Positions 1 through 11,712 of a stretch of 64,000 nt of DNA are shown in pieces (within the stretch, counting starts at the first letter, position 1; every line of letters begins with the position of its first letter). The notes beneath the pieces are model-generated. The model did not search any database, was not told the DNA's origin, and saw only the letters and a list, made by a program, of their open reading frames with translations. The translations under genes were made by a program, and so were the position numbers. Source of the DNA: Lytechinus pictus (taxonomy: Eukaryota); the NCBI RefSeq assembly GCF_037042905.1, contig NC_087247.1, forward strand, positions 26,164,001 through 26,228,000. Direction: 5' to 3'.

Positions 1-1055
1 GGAAAATATATTTCATGACAATTGACGCCAGGTGAATTGCTTTTTGAAAGGAAACATTTTCCTCCAGTTTCTTAAACACCTTATTTTCTTTATAAGCATA
101 AGACACACCTCGTGTATCCAGTTGGACATTTTGAACGCAGTTCCAATCTCCGCCTAACACTAATGAATCGTTGACTTGTATCACTTTTCATAACCATTTT
201 GTTAAATTACTATAAAAGATTTCTTTTTCATTATTTTTTGTTGGTGCGTAGACATTTACAACAAGATAAGAGTTTTTATCATCTTTCAATCTTATCGCAA
301 GAACACGACCATCAAGGTGTACAAACTGTTCGATCTGTTCAGAATAACATTTACGCACAAAAATAGCCACACCTTTAGAGTGGTTTGTGCCATGATTGAA
401 GAAACATTGGTAATCTAATTCTAGACTCACTATTGATTCCATTTCAAAGGTCAAAAAAGTTTCTTGTAACATTATTACATCTGTTTTCTGTTTAATTATC
501 CACGACATAATTTTGCTTCGTTTCAGTTTATTTCTGATCCCTCTTACATTGAGGGATAAAAAAGACGTATTCTGTTTTCGTTCACTTGTACCGAGGATAT
601 ATTTTTTTCCATGTCCATGTTTTGTGATCTGAGTTTCAGTTTACTCACTTTGCTTTGGTCACTTTCTTTCTTTCCGATTTCCTCTTTTGAACTTTCTGCT
701 GGGGTGTGCTTTTTTGTGGAGAAGTTATCCGTACTTCCAGGCTATTCTGAGCTGACGAGAGTGTGCTGGAGTCATCGGTGGCGTAGTCGGAGCTTGATGG
801 GGACGTTGATTTTGGCCGTAGAAATTGTGACAGAATCGGTTGGCGAGTAATCTTCTGTCGAACAGTAGTTGCGTCATCGCTACGATGAGTCATCACCTCT
901 GGTATCACGGGGATTTCCCGCTCATCCGTTTTGTTTTGTGTTGCGTGCTCTGTTGATGTGCTTACGTGTGATGATTGCTTGAAGTGGTTGATATCTTGTG
1001 TTGGTCTGAGCATCGTTTGATGTAGCTTCGTTGTTAGCATCGACGGTGTGACAGC
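1..1055 (-). mobile_element. Decayed Tx1/L1-like non-LTR retrotransposon fragment (end of ORF1 and endonuclease part of ORF2), running out of the window
   Basis: The minus strand reads SFLSLNVRGIRNKLKR..IMLQET..HSKGVAI..VNVYAP, then an in-frame TGA at 188-190, then LVLGGDWN, and QFTWR in a shifted frame. These are APE endonuclease motifs of the L1/Tx1 type. ORF 645-1040 is a Ser/Lys-rich ORF1-like tail. Confidence 0.8.
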
Positions 1056-1061
1056 TAGTGC

Positions 1062-1539
1062 TCTTATGATAACCCTTATGTCTATGTTTCATGAACTACA
1101 TGAGTAGATCCATAAACTTTCTAAGTCATGATGCCAATTCAACAAATACCCACAACACGACCAAAGACCTTAAATGACCTTTGATCTTGGTCATGTGACC
1201 TGAAACATACACAAAATATTCAGAAATACATGTTTACTCTTATATGTCCCAAGTTTCATGAACTAGATATGATGACATTTCAAAAACTTAACCTTGGTTA
1301 AGATTTTGATATTGATTCATTGACCCTAAATGACCTTGGCCATGTGACCTTAAACTCAGGCAGGATATTCAGTAATACTTGATTACCATTATGTCCAAGT
1401 TTCATGAACTAGGTCCATATACTTTTTAAGCTATGATGACATTTCAAAAACTTAACCTTGGTTAAGATTTCAATGTTGACGATGCCACCGCCGTCGGAAA
1501 AGCGGTGCTACAGTCTCGCCTATGCAGGCGAGACAAAAA
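1062..1539 (-). mobile_element. Partial Helentron-associated (HINE/DINE-1-like) element, same family as 6237-7529
   Basis: Shares the internal unit (tgaccttggtcatgtgacctgaaa...aagtttcatgaactag) and the terminal hairpin gtctcgcctatgcaggcgagacaaaaa with 6237-7529. The other end abuts the Tx1-like LINE. Confidence 0.7.
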
Positions 1540-1798
1540 TGAAGATACTTATCAAATAAAGAATATACCTATTAAAAATAGAAGCTTGGAACATTTAATA
1601 CAAAAACATGTGATATCATACAGACTGTGTCGATATCAATTACAAATTGGTTCTATCGACATCTCATGAATAGAGTAGCAAGTGATCAACACTAGTATGG
1701 ATTTGAATTTTTATTTCAAATAGACTTGTCAGCTTTGAAGAATGATGTTCCATTTTTTGTTTCTAAATATTACTGCTGTTTTCTTTCTTCATATTTAC

Positions 1799-2204
1799 AG
1801 GCCTGAATTCAGAAAGGTGGTTTTGAAAACCATAGGTTGAACCCGTGATTTATGCAAAATTCCAGGTATAAATTACGCTTAAATATGCAGTATAAAAAAA
1901 ATGCCCAATGCTGATGCATGCTTTGTCAGTGCGCCAAAATGACGCCTGTTGCCATTTTATTAATGAGTTCACTGTTCTGAAGAGTGGACTCATTACTTCA
2001 AAACAGGAGACTCATTAATAAATAGCATGCTTAACCATGGCAAAAGGTGTCAATTTGGCGCACTGTGATAAAAGCGTGCATCAGCATTAAACATTTTTTT
2101 AAAATTATATGTGGTAAATAAGCATAATTCATACAGGAAATCTGCATAAACCATGGGTTTAACCGATGGTTTTAAAAACAAAACCACCTTTGTGAATTTG
2201 GACC
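1799..2204. mobile_element. MITE with imperfect terminal inverted repeats
   Basis: aggcctgaattcagaaaggtggtttt ... aaaaccacctttgtgaatttggacct, with mirrored internal arms. A more decayed relative lies at about 30833-31085. Confidence 0.65.
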
Positions 2205-2238
2205 TCAATGTCCAACAGAGGTAAATCAGAGTACATAC

Positions 2239-5200
2239 CTTAACATTGTTTGGTACAGAAAAGGGATGATTTTAGAAGAAACCCGGGCAGTTTCTCTCAA
2301 GTCTATGATAGCTAGTCTCTGTGATTTTCCACAATAATCTAGAGGGTCTTTGGGAACTGGTGCTTCCTCAGAGCCAATCGCTATTTCTACACTGCTGACT
2401 GGTGCCACTCCATAGATATGCAACAGTTCTGCTAGAGGAACTAGGTGGCTGTGCCTACGTATGATACGATCTGCTTTCTGTGATCAAGGTAGTAATACAA
2501 ATCATTCAGTTTCCTATTGCTGTCATCTGACCAAAACATTTCGCAATCACCATAACCCCCCTGCTAAGCCTCCTACTGGTATTGCGCAATACATGTGCTC
2601 ATATACTAATACATTCAGTATTCCACTCCTCTTCCATCATTCCATGTATATTGCCTGTTGAGATGTATTTTAGGTAAGTTCAGGCAGATTTATAAAGAAG
2701 TATTGAACATTTTGCTTGGAATGGAAACCAGGGTCCCATTTCATAAAAGTTGCTATGATAGCAACTCTTGCTTGAATGTCAACTTTCATTGGAATAGCCA
2801 ATCAGGAAGCAGCATTTTCACTGTCATGATAATTGAGATTCTAGTAATAGTTGCTCTCATAGCAACTTTTTATGACATGAGTTCCAGATCTCAATTAATC
2901 AAGTGACAGTTTAGAGGACCTTGGAGTAATCCAACAACTGATCAATTATCCTTCCTAAGAGCAATTTCAGGGCTCTTCATTAGTCCTTGCATTGATAGTA
3001 ATATAGGGAATGGTGATTCCAAAACAATGGGAAATGCCACTAAAAAGATATATTTACCGGTAACATGATTCTTGCTAAAAGACATATCTCAGACTATGGT
3101 TAGGGGTTTTAATTACAGTATCACTTCATTTTTGTAATTTCAATGTTCAGGTAGTAGTGTGATATAATTCTCATTATCAAGTCTTTACAATTATTGTGAT
3201 CGACTCTAAAGGGATAAACTTTTGAAATTTTTTTGGATAGAATGAGAGGTGCACTGTGTCTCTTCATCATGTGAAATCAACAGTACCTGCAATTTTAGAT
3301 GAAAGGGAAGACATAGACTATCTTTTAAAAGACATAAAAACATTCCAGCTTCACCATACACCGTGCCTGGGAGCATCCAGCGTTAAAGAGCTCTGGTGAT
3401 TTCTTTATGACCTACAAGATTGGAACTACGATTGAATTATCGGCTGAATTCTTGATTTTATTTCCAATCTTGGGGACAAAAAAAACAATCAAGTTAACAC
3501 TCAGTGGATGCTTCTGGCTGGACTGGATCAAAGTCCCCCAAAACTGGGTTCAATAAGCAGATGCTGCATCACATGTTACATGTCATATAAGATTTTACTT
3601 ACCAAGACATCAAAGACTCGAACAATCTTCAAACCAGCACTTTTTCCAAGCTCATGAGACAGCAATTCAGCATCATACACAACCTGCATATTGGAAAAGT
3701 AAGGCCAACTTCAATCAGACTTGTGCAATATCAGTGCCTAGAAACTTTTGAAATATGATGTTTATAAAAATACATATTATTAATCATATTCTTTTCAAGA
3801 TATAAATGTTAAATGCATGCCACAAAAAGGTCAAATTTTAACAAATTGATAAAGATTAAAAGTTAACTTTAAATAACATTATGGTAGTTTTGATGAAAAA
3901 CTTGATTTTGATTGACTCAGTGTTGAATCATGTTTCTATTACCCAAAGTGGTAAGGTTACTATTAATGCCTCAATGGTAAGGAAAAGTACATGTAAATTT
4001 ACGATAAATTGATCATGCAAATAAACTTGGAGTAAAAAAAACCTACCTCTTCTGCATTAAACAAGTGAAGTATTTTTTTAAAGAGTGTTATCTGTAAAAG
4101 CTGCAGTCATGAAGCCAAACAAACAGCAAAAGGAACAAGAGTTTACGCAATCATCAGCTTAAATTACTGTCTCATAATGAAGAGCTAGCTGTCGCTATTT
4201 ACCTTTAGAATTGAGTCATTATTAAGAAACTGTCCAACAGAGTTAATAATGGCCCACTTGTGAATGTTATCTGGTATCCCACCAGCTATCTTCGTTCCAG
4301 AAGGTACTGCCCGGTCAGACCTATTGGAGAGAGCATCCACGTCAATGGCATAGGTTTCTCCTTCCCAGAAGTGAACCAGAAGCCAGCCATTTAAGCTAGA
4401 GATGCCAATGATTGGTCGCATGTAACCCGAGAGTTTTCCCATCAAGAGCTTGTCAAAGAAACCACACTCCTAGAAAAGAATAACAGCATGTTTACAAATC
4501 TGTAATTCACAATAGTTTTAGCAATGGGACAAACATTACACGATTGATTAAATGAAAATAATGTATGAATCAATTCATTCAATAGGATAGGATAGAGGGA
4601 AGTTTTATTTCAAAATCTTGATACAAGAAAGGGCACAAACTGCTACCATTATGATTAGTTATGATCACAATAGCCTAACCTTACTTTATTGATCTTAATT
4701 ATTTTTTTTAACTTTCCAATGGACTTTACTACTCCTTTATATCAATAAATCACTGTTTTCGCTCTATATTTTGTATGATGAAATGTCTCTTGCATTTATT
4801 TTTATAAACATGTAGATAACACAATTTCTGTATTGTGACATTTGACGAGATTTAAAACAAAGATTGTATACTCTTATTGTTTGATTTCATCAGCTTATCT
4901 TCATAGAGCAATTATGGAAATAAAAAAGTTATAAACATACAACAAAAACCTGTGTTCTACATAGTGAAAGTAATCATAACATCCTGTACTGATCATGGAG
5001 CCATAGTATTACCTTTACAATTGTCACCAGGCAATGTGTTGGTTCACTTTTCACGGACGTCACACCTTCCAGTGATGATACTCTAGGAAGCTGATGTTCA
5101 TATACTCTGTTTGCTAGTCTACTCTCCAAAGTCCAGGAACCACCAACCTCTTGATCTACTGATGACTGTGTGCAAGATGCCAGTTCCTGAGTTGATGAAT

Positions 5201-5987
5201 GTCTATCACTGATCGCTGGTGAACTGCAACCAGCTGAAGATGAAGATACATTCTCAGTGATGTCCAAAGGTGATGCAGTAGCACCCAGAACTTCAGAATC
5301 AACAAGGTTTTCTGCACTAAGCTGACCTTGATATCCTGAAGGGTTCACACTAGTTGTAGAGGATGTTTTACTCAAACCAATGTCATGTTTCTCCGTTTCA
5401 GAATGGATACACTCAGAGGCTGGTTCCAGTGATGAATGTTCCACATCACTATGCAGAGCTTCATCTTCTACTAAGGACACACAGTTCCCTGTTATGTTAA
5501 AAACATCCTTCTGGCTGTGAAGAGAAGCCATGAATTCTTCAAAGTTGTGACCCAGAGTGACAAAAACAGGGTTCTCTAAAGTGTTGATCTTAGAATGGAG
5601 CTCACGTCCGTCATTGATACCTCCATACACAAGCAAAGCTACATCAGCAATAGCTGAATAAAAGAAATCTACAACAACCTCCTGAGCAGTTCTGGTTCTG
5701 TCTGATTTTAGTTCAGTCTTTGTAAAAGTGACCGTAAAAAGAGACTCAAATTTGTGGAGGAATCTTTTCAAGTTTGCGTCTTTCTCTGATGGTTTTGCAT
5801 CATTAGGACCCAAGCACACAATATTTGTTCCTTGGCAGCAGGTCTTCTCTATCACCTCGACTAGCTTACTCAATGCCCTCCTTTCTTCAGGTATTTTTTT
5901 CAAATCCTTAATGATGCTATCAAGACCACTAATGATAAACTGAATATGGTTAGGTAGATTGTCTTGGGTATTTTGGTACCCATCCAT
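2239..5987 (-). CDS. Gene A (3'-partial): Egalitarian/EXD1-like protein with winged-helix-like repeats and a degenerate DEDDy 3'-5' exonuclease domain; paralog of gene B
   Basis: GT-AG exons 5987-5013 (ATG at 5987; acceptor tattcctatacag puts the exon start at 6129), 4469-4203, 3683-3603 and 2477-2239, with phases 0,0,0,2, join into one open frame. Motifs GWLLVHFWEG, FLNNDSILK/VVYD, VRVFDVL and LRETAR..IPFLYQTML align with gene B exons 2-4. No further exon was found inside the window. Confidence 0.85.
2731..2885. mobile_element. Short (~150 bp) MITE of a family repeated at about 21228-21377, 28675-28831, 33870-34012, 34288-34428 and 62187-62325
   Basis: TIR-like ends gggtcccatttcataaaagttgctatga / tcatagcaactttttatgacatgagttcc and a central ccaatca. 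Confidence 0.6.
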
Positions 5988-6236
5988 TATAAATGACACC
6001 TAGATCTATGTCTCAAAGGCTAAATTAAAGCTTCAAAGCACTGGATGTACCATGTAACGTTAGATTTCTGTTTGTCTTTCCATTAATTATTTGTCTACAT
6101 CCGGTATCTGCTCAAACTTTTTTTTGGTCCTGTATAGGAATAAACAATAGAAAATCAAAATTCTGAATTGATTATTGATGCTACAAGTTAAAACTTTGAA
6201 AGACTTCCATATGTCCCCTCTAGGCCTACTAATTGA

Positions 6237-7529
6237 AACAAGTGGAATGCCTCTGGCGGTCTCACCTGCATCACGCGATTCAATATAGCAGCAGTGCTGA
6301 CTTTGAAAACTACTATAAAATAATTATTCACAAAAAACACCATTCATATAATGATACAATACTACGTTCATTGATATTTGACCTTGATCATGTGACCTAA
6401 AACTCGTCAGTGATACTTGATTACCCCTATATCCACATTTTATACACTATATCTATAAACTTTGAAAATTGTGAATTAAATGACCTTTGACTTTGGTCAT
6501 GTGACCTGAAATTCGCATGAGATGTTCAGTGATACTTGACGACTCTTATGTCCAAGTTTTATGAACTAGACCAATATACTTACATAGTTATGACGGTAAT
6601 TCAACAAATACCTCCAACATGGCCAATGTCCATTGACCTTTGACCTTGGTCATGTGACCTGAAACTCGCACAAGATGTTCAGTGATACTTGGTTACTCTT
6701 ATGTCCACGTTTTATGAACTAGACCAATACACTTACAGAGATATGATGGTAATTCAACAAATACCCCCAACATGGCCAAAGTTCATTGACCCTAAATAAC
6801 TTTTGACCTTGGTCATGTTACGTGAAACTCATGCAGGATGTTCAGTAATACTTGATTAACCTTATGTCCAAGTTTCATGAACTAGGTCCATATATTTTCT
6901 AAGTTATGATGACATTTAAAAAACTTAACCTTAGGTTAAGATTTTGATATTGATTCCCCCAACATGGTCTAAGTTCATTGACCCTAAATGACCTTGGTCA
7001 TGTGACCTGAAATGTGCACAGGATGTTTAGTGATACTTGATTACTCTTATGTAGACCAATATACTTTCAAAGTTATGATGGTAATTCAACAAATACCCCC
7101 AATTTCGACAAAGTTCATTGACCCTAAATGACCTTGGTCATGTGACCTGAAATGTGCACAGGATGTTCAGTAACATACTTGATTAACCTTATGTTCAAGT
7201 TTCATGAACTAGGTCCATATATTTTCTAAGTTATGATGACATTTCAAAAACTTAACCTTAGGTTAAGATTTTGATGTTGATATCCCCCAACATGGTCTAA
7301 GTTCATTGACCCTAAATGACCTTTGACCTTGGTCATGTGACATGAAACTCAGGCAGGATGTTTAGTAATACTTGATCAACCTTATGGCCAAGTTTCATGA
7401 ACTAGGTCCATATACTTTCTAAGTTATGCTGTCATTTCAAAAACTTAACCTTCGGTTAAGATTTGGTGTTGACGCCGCCGCTGGAAAAGCGGCGCCTAGT
7501 CTCACTCTGCTATGCAGGTGAGACAAAAA
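6237..7529 (-). mobile_element. Helentron-associated non-autonomous element (HINE/DINE-1-like) with an internal tandem array
   Basis: Subterminal inverted repeats gtctcacctgcat (6259-6271) and atgcaggtgagac (7512-7524), a terminal hairpin, T-rich ends on the minus strand, no TSD, and about 7 internal 150-190 bp subunits. Confidence 0.7.
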
Positions 7530-7617
7530 TTCTATAACAAATCCCCCTAAATTTTCATATTTTTTTTTCCACTTTGAGGGTCTACTTCTGGTTGGCCTAG
7601 GATTCAAACCTCTGTTT

Positions 7618-8884
7618 CCCAGGGGGGGGGGGGGGGTTACCATTGACGAGTGGATACCATGCGTGACAAAAAAAAACATGTAAAAAGGATCTCTTTTTTA
7701 AGATAGGGCACGTTACGTATGTAACATAATAAGGGTGTCAAAAACACTAAAATATTGAAGGGTATATATTTCGCTAGGAAACTATACATGTTTACGGTTC
7801 AAATTGCGAGGGTATAAAAAAGACTAAAATACTCCGGGGGGGGGGGGGGGGGCAGTCTAATGTATTGCTGTACACATACATGACCAAATTATTTCCAAAC
7901 ACCCCCTAAACAAGTTTTTGTTTTTAGTGGGCTTTATTTACACATTTTGGCCCCTAAACAAGTTGTCGCCAGAATATGACCCTGGGGAAAAAGCTTGGTG
8001 AAAAAACATACCCTAAAATATTGAAAAAAGGGTATATATTTCACTAGGAAACTATACATGTTTACGGTTTAATTTGCGAGGGTATAAAAAAGACTAAAAT
8101 ACTTTAGGGGGGGGGCCAGTCAAATGTATTGCTGTACACATGCGTGACCAAATTATTTCCAAACACCCCCTAAACAAGTTTTTTCTCTGTGTGTTTTTCA
8201 GCAAAATAACACCCTAAACAAGTTTTTCGTGGGCTTTATTTACACATATTGGCCCTTAAACAAGTTGTTGCCAGAATATGACCCTGGGCAAAAAGCTTGG
8301 TGAAAAAACATATCCTAAACACGTTTGGCCAATCCTTAAAAAAACATACCCTAAATACGTTTTACCCCGCGATTGACCATTGATCAGTCTTTCAAAACCA
8401 CCCTTTTTCTTGAAAATCTGTTTATTTATACCCTTAACGAGTGCACGCACGGCCCGCATCCAAAACTGAAAACACACCCCTTTAAACACATTTTTTTGGG
8501 GGTCACACATGTGTACAGCAATATATTTGACTGGCCCCCCCCCCCCCCCCGGGAAAATACTTTATAAAGAATGTACTTTTTGCCCCAACACACCGTGTGT
8601 TTAGGGTCCGATTTGAGCGAGGTGTGTGGGCCGTGTAAAGCCGACGTCCATGATCTCGTCCGTAACGTACAATTAAAATATCGTACTTGTTTAGGGGGTC
8701 AATTCAAGGAATACTCGGGTAGGCCAACCGTTTTGTTTCCAATTCTTGTAAAGGGTAGGGTTTCACTCTCCAATACTTGTTAAGGGGTGAATTTTCAGAA
8801 CAATGAAAATACTTGTTTAGGGTGCTTTTCGAAACCCCATGGTCACGCATGGTATCCACTCGTCAATGGAGGTGGTCCCCCGGA
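7618..8884. mobile_element. Non-autonomous DNA transposon with CCCGG/poly-G termini, containing a nested related element
   Basis: Outer TIRs ccattgacgagtggataccatgcgtgac / gtcacgcatggtatccactcgtcaatgg. The inner element 7834-8553 has its own TIRs and is flanked by aaaatact on both sides. Confidence 0.75.
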
Positions 8885-9377
8885 CTCTTACCCTTACTCA
8901 CCGAGCTAGCCGAAATTGTTGAAAGCCATACGTGGGTTTCACAGTGATTAGCCCATATTATTACGACATAGTCATGATAGTCTCTAGTCTAGTCTCCAAC
9001 ATGTCCAAGAGTGTATGTAGGGGATTTACTTTTTTGACTAAATAAACCAAGGCCATTGGGAATCGCACACACTCAATAATTTGACTGAATAAAATATTGG
9101 TATGTATCCACTTTTCCTTCCTAAATCAATTCACAAATAACCGTCTCAATATTTTTGTTTTCAATTTTAGTGGAGGATGGACATATGGAAGTCTTGCCTG
9201 TAATAAAAAAAAGGTTCCTTCACTCAGTTCACTACTACTCACTACCACTGCCAGGGGAATTATATAGGCCTACATACTATAACTTATAAGCTATTATAAA
9301 TTGAACAGACTTTGATTTAAAGTTTGAACCACAATGACAAGGCACATTGCAACAAAGTTACAAACATTAAACATCAC

Positions 9378-10441
9378 CTGGTTCATCTGTTCATGTGATT
9401 GGCTGGTTCTAAATCTAAGTGAATTTTATCTTCGCTGACTTTACTCCAGCCTGGTACTAACTGGTGGAACTGCTGCTGGTTGTGTTTGACAATCTTCTTC
9501 GCTACCCAAAGCTTAAATTAAAGTTCGAAGTTGAACATACCGTATCGTATTTATGTTTACATGATCATTGCATTGATCATGCACACACCGTGCAAAAACA
9601 AAATGTTCCGTGTAGACTGTAGTATCTTCTTTGGCACCAGCGCAAGTAGACTGACCCATTATAAAATACAAGGTAATATTCGGAGTTCTAAAAGACTCAT
9701 AAGTTATTTTTTTTTAACCAAAATGTATGCTTGATTGAAAATTTATATCAAATAATTGTGCCCATAATTATAAAACAATAATACTTATATAATTAAAAAA
9801 TAAGCAAGCATTTTTTTAAATATAAAATACCTTCTACCCCGGCTTCTACCTAAAGTAAAAATGAATTCGTCCGGGGATTCCCCACAAAACATATGGGCCC
9901 GTATTCTGATAGCAGGTTTAACTTAAACTCGGGTTTAAAGTTGTGGTTTAAGTATGGGAAGCCAAAAGTATCAAAATTTTTATTAAGTTGTATGTTTCTT
10001 ATGTTTACTGTGCTCTTTCCTGATTCATCAATGGTGAAGACAATCATCTATTTATACTTCCTAGACAATTATGAATGATTTGAGATCCAAATGAGCTAAA
10101 GTATAATATCTCTACTGTCAGTGATTTATGTAACAATTGGCCTCCCATACTTAAACCACAACTTTAAACCTGAGTTTAAGTTAAACCTGCTATCAGAATA
10201 CGGGCCATGGTATTTTTCTCGTATTCGGCGCGCTCAACTTGAATACAACGTGCGTGAGAGTCGAGGCGGCTGCTCTAGCTGATCAACGATATGATAGGCC
10301 TGCGCTGCCTGCGTAGGCCTTAATTTAGGTCAATTTTGCATTGTAGTCGGATCTGTGATTGTTTTGAAGCACGGTCGTACTCATTGTGATTTGTGGTCCT
10401 AAGTTGAAGAGACAGCAACTGCAGAAAGCAACTGATTTCAG
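9378..10441. promoter_or_regulatory. Candidate bidirectional promoter region and non-coding first exons of genes A and B
   Basis: Both first coding exons start at splice acceptors (6129 minus, 14142 plus), so upstream UTR exons must lie between them. Candidate donors are cag/gtgatg at 9378 (minus) and cag/gtttgt at 10441 (plus). CpG-richer patches lie near 9500-9660 and 10220-10400. Confidence 0.35.
9896..10206. mobile_element. Young MITE (PIF/Harbinger-like) with ~64 bp TIRs
   Basis: 9896-9959 is a near-perfect inverted copy of 10143-10206 (ggcccgtattctgatagcaggtttaacttaaactc...). It is flanked by atg on both sides, a possible 3 bp TSD. Confidence 0.85.
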
Positions 10442-10978
10442 GTTTGTCATGACTTTACTGCTACATACCACTGAGCTGAGCTGAAGTCAAGATCAGGATT
10501 AGATTAAAAATGGTATAAAAAAATGAATCTAGATACTTGGCTTTGCCTTGCCTTGGCTTTGGCAGCATACAGTCAGCTGAGGAAGCTATTTTACTTTTAC
10601 TTTAGAATCAACTGGGATGATGAATAAAGTAATAAAGTAATTAAGTTCTGTATTTTATAATATTGTTTTTGATTAATGTCAACAACAAATAGATCTATTC
10701 TGACACTGCTTATCATTTGCAGTGCCAGCTAGATATACTGATTACTGGGTATGGTGAGTGCAGAGAGGCTGAGACTTGAGAATGACATTGTCAGTGATGG
10801 TTGCATTGCATTGTTGAAATAATATTTTGAATTTATGTCTCATGCCCTCTTAGTAACACTGAAGCAGAACTGAGACCCCAAAATGATGGGCTTATTAGGA
10901 ATGGGGAGTTGTTGATTGCCTTTTTAATCGCGCTCTTTGGATCTGGATGTATAGGCCTACGTTACCTACACCACTCAC

Positions 10979-11712
10979 CAGTGTTGAGTCTGCATGGGCC
11001 GGCTCACCCGAGGACAAGGCGGACCCATGAGGACAAGGCCGGAAGGGTTGAGGCCAGACCGAGGCCGAATATTTCAATACAACAAATGTGCATAAATAAA
11101 TTGCATGCGCGCAGCTCACGTTATTGTTGTTGATTGTGTGGTGTTGCCAAATTATCGTTGCAACAATTACCAGGGGATTGTTATTTAAATTTTTTAATTT
11201 CACAATAAACAAATAAGAATAAAATAAAACTAAATGTTGATAAATCTATTTACACTGGTTACAAAAAATGTTGAACGTAAATCTTAAAATGAGAATACCA
11301 AGAATTTGACGTAATGGCGCATGTGCAAAACTTTTTTTTTTACAGTACTAGTAAGCGCACGTGCATTGCAAAGTCCAGTCGCCGTCACATCAATGTCAGT
11401 GCAGCATGCATGCAGTGCAGCTGCGCTGCAGCCTGCATGAATTGGCTTTGACATCAAGAACAAAATAGAATGACAAAAATAAGAAAGATAGGCGTACTCA
11501 TACAGGTGGATGGGCAAACTCGACAGTCGACTCTCTCTCTGTCAGTTTCAATAATATTTTAGAGAAACTGACAACAGTCAGCATTTGCACACCCTAAAAT
11601 TCTCCCAGCCTTGACCCGGCCTCGACGGGCCTTGACCCGAGGACGATGCCGGGCGTTAACCTCCATCCTCGAGGCCCAAGACGATTTTGCGGCCTCGAGA
11701 CCCACAACACTG
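10979..11712. mobile_element. hAT-like non-autonomous element
   Basis: Termini cagtgttg ... caacactg with GC-rich subterminal repeats (gaggcc/ggcctc). The TSD is not cleanly preserved. Confidence 0.55.

Noticed and set aside
6198-6220. Motif gaaagacttccatatg shared with 11828-11843, one copy in the presumed first intron of each paralog
   Set aside because: Both copies are on the same strand although the genes are inverted. It is more likely the edge of a dispersed repeat than a duplicated regulatory site.
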